From IMG/VR virus record IMGVR_UViG_3300013132_000041, positions 1 to 64,000 of that record: DNA of 64,000 nt; one strand, 5' to 3'. Each line of letters starts with the position of its first letter. Position 1 is the first letter of the stretch. Positions 27,783 to 36,871 of this stretch are shown piece after piece. The stretch is from a virus. The notes under the pieces were generated by a model. The model saw nothing but the letters and a program-made list of their open reading frames with translations. It ran no database searches and had not been told where the DNA came from. Both the position numbers and the translations under genes were made by a program.

Positions 27783-29447
27783 ATGAGAATTTTATCTTAT
27801 AATATTACCCATGATAGTTCTGTTTGTGTACTTAATAATGGTGAAATTGAATTTTTTGGAAAAGAAGAAAGATTTTCTAAAATTAAAAGAGATTCAAATC
27901 CTATAAAAAGTTTAATAGCGTATTTTGAAAACTATCCAAATCAAGATATAGATTATAGTTTATTTCTTACACCGTCTTTAGATGATATAAATGAATCTAG
28001 CCGCACTATTTTTGAAACTATTATTAAAAAGTATAGGCGAGTAAAAACTTACGAGACATTTTGTGAAAATTCTCATCATGATTTGCACGCTTGGTTAGCT
28101 TACGTAAATAGTAAATTTGATAAATCTTTAGTTTTTGTGGTGGATAGAAACGGGGCATGTTTGTATACATCCAAAAATAGTTTTTTAGCAAGAGAAGCTG
28201 AGAGTATATTTTTATTTGACCAAAAAAATAAATGTAAACCTGTTTATAAGAACTATTGGTGTTCTTCTAAAGTAGATCCTTATGAGATTAAACATTTTTT
28301 AACTAGTAATTTTCAAGATTGTGATATTAAGGCAAACTCTTCGTTTAGTATAGTTAAAGTATATGAAGCTGCTACAACATTAATAGGACAACATCCACTT
28401 GAAAATGGAAAAACTATGGGATTATCCTCCTATGGAAAAAAAATTGACCATTCTTATTTCGATTTAGATGGTAATATCCAAAATAGTTTTTTCATTCATA
28501 ACAAAGATAATTTAGAATCAGTGGTATTCAAAAATTATTGGAAAAAAATTACAAAAGAAATAACTAAAGATAATTTTCAGTTTTATGCAGATAGAGCTCT
28601 AGAAGTACAAACTCAGACTCAACAACAAGTTCTTAATCTAATAGAAAAATATACTAACCTATATCAAGTTTATAACGTTTGTATTGTTGGTGGGTATGGA
28701 TTAAATGTTGTTGCTAATAATTTCTATATAAAAAATTTACCCAAAATTAATTTTTATTTCGAGCCAGTAGCAGATGACACTGGTATTACTATTGGTGCTT
28801 GCTATAAAAAGTATTTTGAGGTAACCTCAACTTTGCCTGTTCCAGTTAAAGATACCTTTTTTCATTTTTATAATGAGAAAGAGAAGTTAAGAAACAATAT
28901 TGGTAAAAAAGTAAAAATTAAAGATTTAGTTGATTTATTAGTGAATCAAAAAAGCCTAGGTATTTTTAACGGTGCACCCGAAGCTGGTCCAAGAGCACTA
29001 GGGCATAGATCAATTCTATTTGATCCTAGAGAATATGAAGCCAGAAATATTGTAAATAATATAAAAAAACGAGAATGGTACAGACCTTTTGCCGGTGTGA
29101 TACTTAGATCAGAATTTAAAAAATACTTTTTTACTGAGGGGCTAAACGATTCCCCACATATGACAATTAATTTCACATCAAACGAAGAAGGAAAAAATCT
29201 ATTTCCTGCTGTCATTCATGTTGATGGGTCTTGTAGAATACAAACTATTGATAAGGAAGATGGATTTTTATATAATTTATTACTGGCATTTTATAATGTA
29301 ACGGGATGCCCGGTTCTATTAAACACAAGTTTAAATTTAGCAGGCAGACCTTTAATTCAAACTAAACAAGATGCAATTCAATTACTAAATAATAGTAAAT
29401 TAGATTACATTTATTTTGATGATGAGAAAGTTTTATTAAATGCGTAA
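27783..29447 (+). CDS. NodU/CmcH-family carbamoyltransferase
   Basis: HDSS...EERFS, HH..HA, GKTMGLSSYG, GPRALGHRSIL.DP, REWYRPFA, HVDGSCRIQT, LNTSLN. Confidence 0.9.
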   Translation: MRILSYNITHDSSVCVLNNGEIEFFGKEERFSKIKRDSNPIKSLIAYFENYPNQDIDYSLFLTPSLDDINESSRTIFETIIKKYRRVKTYETFCENSHHDLHAWLAYVNSKFDKSLVFVVDRNGACLYTSKNSFLAREAESIFLFDQKNKCKPVYKNYWCSSKVDPYEIKHFLTSNFQDCDIKANSSFSIVKVYEAATTLIGQHPLENGKTMGLSSYGKKIDHSYFDLDGNIQNSFFIHNKDNLESVVFKNYWKKITKEITKDNFQFYADRALEVQTQTQQQVLNLIEKYTNLYQVYNVCIVGGYGLNVVANNFYIKNLPKINFYFEPVADDTGITIGACYKKYFEVTSTLPVPVKDTFFHFYNEKEKLRNNIGKKVKIKDLVDLLVNQKSLGIFNGAPEAGPRALGHRSILFDPREYEARNIVNNIKKREWYRPFAGVILRSEFKKYFFTEGLNDSPHMTINFTSNEEGKNLFPAVIHVDGSCRIQTIDKEDGFLYNLLLAFYNVTGCPVLLNTSLNLAGRPLIQTKQDAIQLLNNSKLDYIYFDDEKVLLNA

Positions 29448-30003
29448 AAGTTTAGATGATTATATAGTAATTTTCAAGGATATAATTCCAAAAAATCATT
29501 TACTTTTTTTAAGTGATTATGTAGAAAATATTGAGTATAATAAACATGCATATTATAATAATTTTTCTGGGAAAATGAAAACTAATTCCTACGATTTGGA
29601 AATTTCTAAAAATGCTGATATAGAAGATAAATCTGGATTACGTAGTTTTATTTTAACAGCAATAGATGATTACTTAAAGTTTTTAAGGTTGCCTTATTTT
29701 AGAGCAGTAAAAACTATTACTACTGTTAGAATAAATAGATATTTAGAAAATACTAGTATGGACTTACATTGTGATCATATTTATTCTATGTTCGACGGAA
29801 AGGTAAAGGGTGTGCCTGTATTAAGTGTTCTGGGCGCTTTAAATAATAATTACGAAGGTGGTGAATTAGTGTTTTTTGAAAATACAAAAATTGAACTTAG
29901 GGCAGGTGATATCATGGTATTTCCCTCAAGTTTTCTTTTTCCGCATAGAGTAGAACCGGTTAGGCAAGGGGTTAGATATTCTTTTGTATCTTGGGCTGCT
30001 TAA
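29440..30003 (+). CDS. Prolyl-4-hydroxylase-like 2OG-Fe(II) oxygenase
   Basis: HCD...LNNNYEGGE...FPS..LFPH.V.PV..G.RYS.VSW. Confidence 0.85.
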   Translation: MRKSLDDYIVIFKDIIPKNHLLFLSDYVENIEYNKHAYYNNFSGKMKTNSYDLEISKNADIEDKSGLRSFILTAIDDYLKFLRLPYFRAVKTITTVRINRYLENTSMDLHCDHIYSMFDGKVKGVPVLSVLGALNNNYEGGELVFFENTKIELRAGDIMVFPSSFLFPHRVEPVRQGVRYSFVSWAA

Positions 30004-30701
30004 TGAAAACTTATATTATAAGATTGAAAGAAAATAATTTTTCTTGTAATTTAGCTGAAGAAACTATGGTTTCATGCAATAATTTAAATATCAATGCTAA
30101 ATTTTTTGATGGCATACGAATTACAGATATAAAAGATTTATCTAGATTTTACTTAAAAGTTAATAATAATCAAAAACATATTACACTAGGAACTATTGGT
30201 TGTTTTTTAAGTCATTGGAGTTTATGGAAAAAATGTAGTGAAGATTTAGAATCATATTTAATTCTCGAACACGATGCCTTAGTGTTGAAAGATCCTAAAA
30301 TAATTGATATGGATATAAAAGAAGTATGTCATTTAGATGCCTTTATACCATTTAATTCTAACTTGCCTTCAGATAGTGAAGAACATTTTTTAAAGTATAA
30401 TCAGAATGTAAAAATAGAAAAAAATGGAGTATCTGAGTATCCTATTAATAGTTTTTATCCCAAAGACAAGTTAACCGAAACTATAGGTACTTTTAGTTTT
30501 AGAGGAGCATATGGATACATTCTTAAACCAAAGGGAGCTAAAAAACTAATAGAATTTTGTAATCAATTTGGTGTTATGCCTGCGGATAGAGCTATTTGTG
30601 ATAAGATATTATATCTTCAAAGGACAAATTCTACATATGTAAGATTAAATCCTTTTTTCAAATCTCTTAAAATACAAAGAGATTATTCAACCAGAACATA
30701 A
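30003..30701 (+). CDS. GT25-family glycosyltransferase
   Basis: YII.L...G.IGCFLSH..LW...LILEHDA...GAYGYIL.P.GAKKL...PAD. Confidence 0.8.
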   Translation: MKTYIIRLKENNFSCNLAEETMVSCNNLNINAKFFDGIRITDIKDLSRFYLKVNNNQKHITLGTIGCFLSHWSLWKKCSEDLESYLILEHDALVLKDPKIIDMDIKEVCHLDAFIPFNSNLPSDSEEHFLKYNQNVKIEKNGVSEYPINSFYPKDKLTETIGTFSFRGAYGYILKPKGAKKLIEFCNQFGVMPADRAICDKILYLQRTNSTYVRLNPFFKSLKIQRDYSTRT

Positions 30702-30709
30702 GGTTTCAA

Positions 30710-31045
30710 ATGAACAATTTAGTACAAAAAATTAAAGATATAAATTTATTTAATGTGCAAAAGATTGTAGAATATTTTAGAACTCATGTAACAGCTGCTA
30801 CTGCAGAAACTATTACTTGGGTTGCAATAATTTTAATTCATGCATCTATTGTTCCCACAATGATTGCTTTGATGGCGGGATTGTCTGACAAAACTCCTCC
30901 TATTGATCTGGTATTGTTTATTTGGGGAGGATTATCTTTATTGTTTATTCGTGCAGCAATTTTAAAGGATATGCTTAACGTGATTACTATTGGTTGTGGA
31001 TTTTTAGCACACGCAATTATGCTAGCTTTGGTGCTATTTAAATGA
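30710..31045 (+). CDS. Small membrane protein with 3 predicted TM segments
   Basis: Three hydrophobic segments. Confidence 0.65.
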   Translation: MNNLVQKIKDINLFNVQKIVEYFRTHVTAATAETITWVAIILIHASIVPTMIALMAGLSDKTPPIDLVLFIWGGLSLLFIRAAILKDMLNVITIGCGFLAHAIMLALVLFK

Positions 31046-31305
31046 TTGAAGAATTTAATAAGTTAACCGATGGCATTATAATAACTAAAAGATTTAGATC
31101 GGCAAATGAATTTTCTCTGCACATAGAAGAAAAAGTAGCCAAAGAAAAAATCGGTTATATGGATGCTATCATAGATTATTGTAATAATATTGACATTGAT
31201 GTTTCTTCAGTTGCCTCATTGGTGAATCAATCTTTAAAGGATAAAATTCAGATTGAGGCGGAAGAAGCAAATTTACTAAAACGAAGGGGTAAATTACCTA
31301 TATGA
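31042..31305 (+). CDS. gp33: Late transcription coactivator gp33
   Basis: FS..IE..V......YMDAIIDYC...LKDKI..EA...NLL; upstream of gp59 and gp32. Confidence 0.85.
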   Translation: MIEEFNKLTDGIIITKRFRSANEFSLHIEEKVAKEKIGYMDAIIDYCNNIDIDVSSVASLVNQSLKDKIQIEAEEANLLKRRGKLPI

Positions 31306-31934
31306 TCGTAATGGATGCATTTGAAGTTTATAAGTATTACTTGGCATTAAAGTTACATTTTACAACAGACAAATATGATGTTATTGAACAGAAGGGGAAA
31401 GTTAGAGCAACCAGACAAGCTTTTGCTAAAAGAAAAGATTTGTATGCAATAAATAAAGTAGCAAAAACTTATACAGACGAAGAAGTAGCTAATTTTCTTA
31501 TTGCTAATTTCGTTTCTGGAGATCGGTGGGGCGGAGTATTTGATACAGAAGCAAAAGAGACCTATATTCTTTGGAAGAAAAGAGTAGAAAGTTTGTCATA
31601 TAATTTCACGCAAGATTTAGATAAACTTTTAGAGGAATTGGAAGAGAGCAAAAAGCAGTTTGGTGATCTTTTCAATTGTGCAAAAGGCGAACATCCATAT
31701 ATAATTAAGGCATATTTGAGAAAAAGCATAACAATAGAAACACTAGTAATACTGGACAAATTATATGGGTTGGTTAACAAATTCGATACAGAAATTAGTG
31801 ACACTATTGTTTGGCCCGATATATCAAGACTAATTAAAAAGTATAGACCGTTCCTTGTAATAGATAAGGATAAATTTAATGAAATTATTAGAAGACGATT
31901 TGGATATGACGGCGCAGAGACTAACCAACATTGA
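31302..31934 (+). CDS. gp59: Helicase loader gp59
   Basis: Y..YLALKLHFTTDKYD...F.KRKD...IETLVILD...KY.PF. Confidence 0.88.
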   Translation: MIVMDAFEVYKYYLALKLHFTTDKYDVIEQKGKVRATRQAFAKRKDLYAINKVAKTYTDEEVANFLIANFVSGDRWGGVFDTEAKETYILWKKRVESLSYNFTQDLDKLLEELEESKKQFGDLFNCAKGEHPYIIKAYLRKSITIETLVILDKLYGLVNKFDTEISDTIVWPDISRLIKKYRPFLVIDKDKFNEIIRRRFGYDGAETNQH

Positions 31935-32118
31935 AACAGAATTAATTCGAATAAACGAGCAAATTAATGCTATGGTAGATAGTCTCAATACTCAAATTGA
32001 ATCAATAAAAGAAACACAAAGGTATTTAATAAAGCTAGCTAGAAATCAGCAGGAATTAACCAAAAGAATTTCAGCATGGCCATACATTGTGGTTAATAAT
32101 AGAGACGAGGAAGTTTAA
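31879..32118 (+). CDS. Hypothetical coiled-coil protein
   Basis: ORF fills the gap; heptad pattern. Confidence 0.55.
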   Translation: MKLLEDDLDMTAQRLTNIETELIRINEQINAMVDSLNTQIESIKETQRYLIKLARNQQELTKRISAWPYIVVNNRDEEV

Positions 32119-32124
32119 AATCAT

Positions 32125-32310
32125 ATGGGTGACACAAAACGGTTTGACGATTATGATCGCGAAAAAAGATTACATAAGATCAAATCTTCCAAAAATAAAC
32201 TAGACAAGCATCGAAAATTAATATATAATGTAGTATCATCGAGAAAAGATGATGCAGAATTTGATGAGTTTCTTGAGTATGATACTTATACAAAAATCAA
32301 ACGACGCTAA
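32125..32310 (+). CDS. Hypothetical protein
   Basis: 61-aa ORF with GAGG upstream. Confidence 0.55.
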   Translation: MGDTKRFDDYDREKRLHKIKSSKNKLDKHRKLIYNVVSSRKDDAEFDEFLEYDTYTKIKRR

Positions 32311-32343
32311 AATTTTATACAACGCAAATACGGAGTAATACAA

Positions 32344-33264
32344 ATGGCATTTACATCTCTATCCGATCTTCGCAAATCTCGTGGTGGTTTTGATACACTA
32401 ATGAAAGAGGTTGAGAAGATTTCTAATCCCCAATCTGAAGCAAAAGGCGATGATCGCTTTTGGGTTCCTGCGGTAGACAAGGCAGGTAACGGATATGCAG
32501 TTATTCGTTTTCTTGCACCTCCTAAAGGTGAAGAACTTCCCTGGGTTCGTATTTGGTCTCATGGTTTCCAAGGTCCATCAGGTAAATGGTACATTGAAAA
32601 TTCATTGACCACTATTGGTCAGACTGACCCTGTTTCTGAGCTTAATACTAAACTATGGAATAGTGGTAGTGAAGCAGATAAAGAAACAGCTCGTAAGCAA
32701 AAGCGTAAATTAAATTACATTACAAATATTCTTGTTATTAAGGATGCCGCTAATCCTGAGAATGAAGGAAAAGTTTTCTTATTCAGATTTGGTAAGAAAA
32801 TTTTTGACAAGATTAAAGATGTTTCTCAACCACAATTCGAAGATGAGAAACCAATTAACCCATTTGACTTCTGGGAAGGAGCAAACTTCAAACTTAAGAT
32901 TCGTAATGTTGAGGGTTATCGTAATTATGATAAATCTGAGTTTGATTCTCCTAGCCCAGTAGCAGATAACGATGATCGTATCGAGGCAATCTGGAGTAAG
33001 CAATATTCACTTACAGAATTCCTTGATCCCAAGCACTTCAAGACTTATGATTTCTTGAAGCAAAAATTAGAAACAGTATTGTCGGGTACTACAGCACCAG
33101 CTGCTCGTAGAGCCGAAGAAGTAGAACTAGATGAACCGATGGCACCTGCTCCAAAAGCGCAGGTTGTATCTAAACCTGCAGCAAAGGCGCCACCTAAAGA
33201 AGTAGATTTTGATGACGACGAAGAATCGTTATCTTATTTTGCCAAATTGGCAAACGATGACTGA
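32344..33264 (+). CDS. gp32: Single-stranded DNA-binding protein gp32
   Basis: DDRFW.P.VDKAGNGYAVIRFL, HGFQGP.GKWYIENSLTT, FDFWEGANFKLKI, acidic tail. Confidence 0.96.
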   Translation: MAFTSLSDLRKSRGGFDTLMKEVEKISNPQSEAKGDDRFWVPAVDKAGNGYAVIRFLAPPKGEELPWVRIWSHGFQGPSGKWYIENSLTTIGQTDPVSELNTKLWNSGSEADKETARKQKRKLNYITNILVIKDAANPENEGKVFLFRFGKKIFDKIKDVSQPQFEDEKPINPFDFWEGANFKLKIRNVEGYRNYDKSEFDSPSPVADNDDRIEAIWSKQYSLTEFLDPKHFKTYDFLKQKLETVLSGTTAPAARRAEEVELDEPMAPAPKAQVVSKPAAKAPPKEVDFDDDEESLSYFAKLANDD

Positions 33265-33364
33265 TAGCTAGTCCAAGCTGTATGCGAGTATCCGTCTGAC
33301 TAATTCAGATCATGAATCGCTAAGGATGACGACCTATTATTTTAAACTTTAAAAGGAAACTTTT

Positions 33365-33592
33365 ATGAAAACTTTAATTGCACTTTTCGCAGCACTTGGT
33401 CTTATTACTGGAGTTTTTGCAGCTGATGCTAAGAAAGAGGAGCCAAAGAAGGACGCTCCTAAAGCAGAAGCAAAGAAAGAAGAACCTGTTAAGCCAAAGG
33501 TAAAGCCTGTTGGTAAAGACGGTAAGCCAGTAGAAGAAAAGAAAGAGGAGCCAAAGAAGGACGCTCCTAAAGCCGATCCTGCTAAGAAGTAA
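33365..33592 (+). CDS. Secreted low-complexity Lys/Glu/Pro-rich protein
   Basis: Signal peptide MKTLIALFAALGLITGVFA; KKEEPKKDAPKA occurs twice. Confidence 0.7.
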   Translation: MKTLIALFAALGLITGVFAADAKKEEPKKDAPKAEAKKEEPVKPKVKPVGKDGKPVEEKKEEPKKDAPKADPAKK

Positions 33593-33605
33593 TTTAGTAG
33601 TCAAC

Positions 33606-33633
33606 AAAAAAGGGAGCCTAGCTCCCTTTTTTT
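33606..33633. terminator. Bidirectional intrinsic terminator
   Basis: A6-GGGAGC-CTA-GCTCCC-T7 between convergent genes. Confidence 0.9.
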
Positions 33634-35383
33634 ATGCAAACGCTGATACCCTATCCACATATCTTTCTAATGCTGAACTCATCGTTCCTCTTGGTTGAGC
33701 TTTAATAGGAGACAGTGTTTGAGTATTATTAGTTTGTACTGTATTAGAAACTATTGGTGGCGCTAGTGTGGGAGCAGATGATTGACGTTTTAAATCTTCA
33801 TTATCTCTACTCATTTCAGACATGGGTGTTGCTATATCTTTTTTCTCTGCAGGTGTTATTTTATTAACAAGCTCTTGCTTTTGTTTACTATATTGTGCTT
33901 CGATTGCGGGCGGATATTGTTTACCCATATCTTTAGCCATACCAATTACTGCCATTTGTTTTTCAGATAATGGTTGTCCTTCTATATATGCTTCGCCTGC
34001 TATTCTTATTCCCTTTTCTTCAATTTTACCAGGAGTAGGTGTCTCATCTTTTTTACCTATTCCAAAAAATGAGCCAATAGCATTTCCTGCTTTTTGAATA
34101 CCTTGAGCAGCAGTTTTTTCGCTTAATAATCCGAAAGTTGCGCCGGAAGCTATACCACCTAAGGTTGATGATATTTTTTGTCCTGTTGTAGCTTTTTCAC
34201 CTTCTTTGAGATCAAAATTCTGTTCTGTGTTTTGAAATCCCTCGAAACCACTGTAAGCAGCTCCAGCTATTGCTGCCGCTGGTCCTAATACTTTTGCAGC
34301 TTTGCCAGCCATACCCAAAAATTTACTTACTTTTCCCCCTGCTTTATCTGGGGCTTTGCCATTACCTGCTATATCTCCAATAGCATCTAATCCAGATTTA
34401 GCAACATCAAGTGCTCCTACTCCTCCACCCCCTTCCCCACCGCTCTGAGATTTCAATTCTTCGGGATTTATAACTTTAACTAATATACCATCATTTAACA
34501 TAGCCTTTTTAATACTAGCTATATCTTCAACAAGCTTTGTTGAAATTGTTCCAGAAGACGAAGGTTGCTCTATTTTCTTAGATGTGTCTAATATAGAAGG
34601 CGTTGGATTAGTTTTTTGCTTGGGTCCCTCAAGCATTAATGGAGCTATAGATTTGGGTGCTTCTAGTATAGGAGTTTTAGATTGTACAGGCGTAACATCT
34701 ATTACATCATCATATTTTTTCTTAGGCGCTTCTAGTAAAGGAGTTTTAAGTTCAATCTTAGGTGCTTCTAATACCAATGGTTTAGATGAGTTTACTTCAG
34801 GGGCATTTAATAAGGGAGATTCTGGGAAAAGTTGTTTTCTTTCTCCCTTACCAACATAATTGGCTATTGGTCCCTTATTCTCTAACATAGGTGTTTTAGA
34901 TTGCAAAGCAGGTGTTTTTGATACTGGTACATTAGAATATACCTGTTGCATTTCTCCCCTACCTACAAATTTAGGTATAGGAGCTTTTTCCTCTAAAGCT
35001 AAGTTTTTAGGTTCAATTTCTTTTTCAAGTGCCGTAATGTTTGTTTTGCCCTTAACACTTGATTTTATTTTTTTCCCAAAGAAAAATTCTTTATATTCCT
35101 CAATTCTTTTACCAAAGCCTGTAAAAAAATCTGTTATACTTCCGAAAGATTTCACGAATTCCTCATCGTCTTTATCTTTAGAATATTTTTTAGATTTACC
35201 TAAACCTTTAGTAATCGCTGTGAGTTGAATTTTATCTATTAAATCTTTGAGAATAGCATTATTATCTTTTAGTACGTCGAGTATTTTCTCGTCAACCTTG
35301 ACAATATCATCAGTTTCTCTTTTGAAAACTCGACGTAGTTCTAAGAACTCAACATTCTGTAGTGTTTGTTGAGAAATTGCCAT
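33632..35383 (-). CDS. Tape-measure / baseplate hub gp29-like protein
   Basis: 583 aa, with G/A-rich amphipathic segments, downstream of gp26/gp51. The call is mainly positional. Confidence 0.5.
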   Translation of the reverse strand: MAISQQTLQNVEFLELRRVFKRETDDIVKVDEKILDVLKDNNAILKDLIDKIQLTAITKGLGKSKKYSKDKDDEEFVKSFGSITDFFTGFGKRIEEYKEFFFGKKIKSSVKGKTNITALEKEIEPKNLALEEKAPIPKFVGRGEMQQVYSNVPVSKTPALQSKTPMLENKGPIANYVGKGERKQLFPESPLLNAPEVNSSKPLVLEAPKIELKTPLLEAPKKKYDDVIDVTPVQSKTPILEAPKSIAPLMLEGPKQKTNPTPSILDTSKKIEQPSSSGTISTKLVEDIASIKKAMLNDGILVKVINPEELKSQSGGEGGGGVGALDVAKSGLDAIGDIAGNGKAPDKAGGKVSKFLGMAGKAAKVLGPAAAIAGAAYSGFEGFQNTEQNFDLKEGEKATTGQKISSTLGGIASGATFGLLSEKTAAQGIQKAGNAIGSFFGIGKKDETPTPGKIEEKGIRIAGEAYIEGQPLSEKQMAVIGMAKDMGKQYPPAIEAQYSKQKQELVNKITPAEKKDIATPMSEMSRDNEDLKRQSSAPTLAPPIVSNTVQTNNTQTLSPIKAQPRGTMSSALERYVDRVSAFA

Positions 35384-35386
35384 TTA

Positions 35387-35959
35387 TTATACTGGTCTTC
35401 TAACTATTGGTCTAATTGATGCACCGTCACTAGGAGCGGATTCCGCCATTGGTTGTGACAATGGCATATTTGATCCCGAATCAGCATAACTTACAGGCAT
35501 AGGTCTCGGCGCCATATTCTGTTGTGCCGGAATAGCTGCACCAGTAACTGGTGTTGTACCAGGTGTAAATTTGGGCGGCTCTGAGCTTAGAGTTGGGGTT
35601 GCTACTCCGCCTGCTGCTCCTGCAATCTTTTCCTGAGTACGACCAAATGCACTAACACCCAATACTGCACCCATGGCTACGTGAAATAAACCACCGCCTT
35701 GCAGCGTTATGGGCACCCATTGTCTAAACGCATCATTGGCTGCTTGAGTTTCCCAGAACTGCACAATAGTAAACATAATGGGAAATATAGCAAAATCAGC
35801 AAGGCAGCAAATCATGTACATTATAGCCATCATTGGACGCCATTTCTTAGTCATCCAATCTTCTTTATTCTCGTTTCCGGGAATCAGCTTAGAATCTTCT
35901 TCTTTAGTTTCTTCCACTTTAGGTTCCTCTTTCTTTTTAGTTCCAAATTGAAATCCCAT
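35387..35959 (-). CDS. Membrane protein, 3TM holin-like
   Basis: WM..KWRPMM...D..IFP...W.P.TLQGGGLFHVAMGAVLGVSAFGRTQEK. Confidence 0.6.
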   Translation of the reverse strand: MGFQFGTKKKEEPKVEETKEEDSKLIPGNENKEDWMTKKWRPMMAIMYMICCLADFAIFPIMFTIVQFWETQAANDAFRQWVPITLQGGGLFHVAMGAVLGVSAFGRTQEKIAGAAGGVATPTLSSEPPKFTPGTTPVTGAAIPAQQNMAPRPMPVSYADSGSNMPLSQPMAESAPSDGASIRPIVRRPV

Positions 35960-35969
35960 ATCAGTTCCT

Positions 35970-36128
35970 TTAACTAAATTCTCTATTCTTATTTTGCATT
36001 CTTATTTTTTCGTTTTCTTCATGGATGTATTGAATCAATAATGCTATATAAGTTTCTCTTTCCCAGGGCAACATATTTTCCAATTCTGATAATGAATATT
36101 TGTGATGATGCATCAAAGCAAAATTCAT
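35970..36128 (-). CDS. gp51: gp51-like baseplate hub assembly protein (probably expressed as a -1 frameshift extension of gp26)
   Basis: Below the ORF-track cutoff: MNFALMHHHKYSLSELENMLPWERETYIALLIQYIHEENEK...*. The frame stays open upstream to the gp26 slippery site. Confidence 0.8.
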   Translation of the reverse strand: MNFALMHHHKYSLSELENMLPWERETYIALLIQYIHEENEKIRMQNKNREFS

Positions 36129-36163
36129 TTTGAAATAATTTAGTAAATCATCTTGAGAAAGAT

Positions 36164-36859
36164 TTAAACGAAAAAACTTTGAAGGCCCTCCAATTTTACT
36201 ACGTTATGTTTGCCGCACTTATCACAATCTGCTTCAATGGTTTGTTCTAATCTAGGCATAGTTAGAAAAAACTCTTCTACTTGCTCAAATTGTTTTCTAG
36301 TAAAATCATTTACAAACTCTAAAACCTCATCTTCTGTTTGTTCTGAAGAATCCCAGTAATTTTTCTTATCATAAATACCCTTAATACATTTTATAACTAG
36401 TTTAACTATATCATCTTGGTCATTGTTTTCATACGCTTTAATAACTTCCTCATACGTAGGATATCGCATCTCTATACCAATAGTGTCAGTTAACTGTATT
36501 TTGCTATTATGTTTTTCATTTTTTACTACTTTAGCATCATATAAATTGGCAGTATGTTCTATTTTATTACCGCAATCACAGTTTATAATTAAGTCTAAAG
36601 TTTCACCTATGGATTTTGCTCTAAGTTGAATAAAGATATACTCTATATCAAAATTAGTTAAATCTGTCGTCTTCAATTGTTCAAAGGTACAAACGTTAAC
36701 TAAATCTTTGATTACTCTAAATATTTCTATTTCATTAGCATCTTTCAAAGTTAAAAGAATTTTGTGTTCTTTAACTAGAAAAGGTCTGTACTTAACAGTT
36801 TTTCCTGTAGAAGGAAGTTTTAATTCATAGGTTGGTGTGTTTAGTTTAGGTAAAGCCAT
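36164..36859 (-). CDS. gp26: Baseplate hub assembly protein gp26
   Basis: MALPKL.TPTYEL.LPSTGK.VKYRPFLVKE.KILL, FDIEYIF.QLRAKS.GE, CxC...CxxC...LEGLQSFF. Confidence 0.9.
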   Translation of the reverse strand: MALPKLNTPTYELKLPSTGKTVKYRPFLVKEHKILLTLKDANEIEIFRVIKDLVNVCTFEQLKTTDLTNFDIEYIFIQLRAKSIGETLDLIINCDCGNKIEHTANLYDAKVVKNEKHNSKIQLTDTIGIEMRYPTYEEVIKAYENNDQDDIVKLVIKCIKGIYDKKNYWDSSEQTEDEVLEFVNDFTRKQFEQVEEFFLTMPRLEQTIEADCDKCGKHNVVKLEGLQSFFV

Positions 36860-36871
36860 ACTATATCCTTA

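Noticed and set aside
29440-30701. Animal-style collagen modification (prolyl-4-hydroxylase plus GT25 galactosyltransferase) of the fibre collagen
   Set aside because: The collagen tracts have Pro only in the X position (GPQ, GPA, GPT) and essentially no Lys, so the canonical Y-position Pro and hydroxylysine acceptors are absent.
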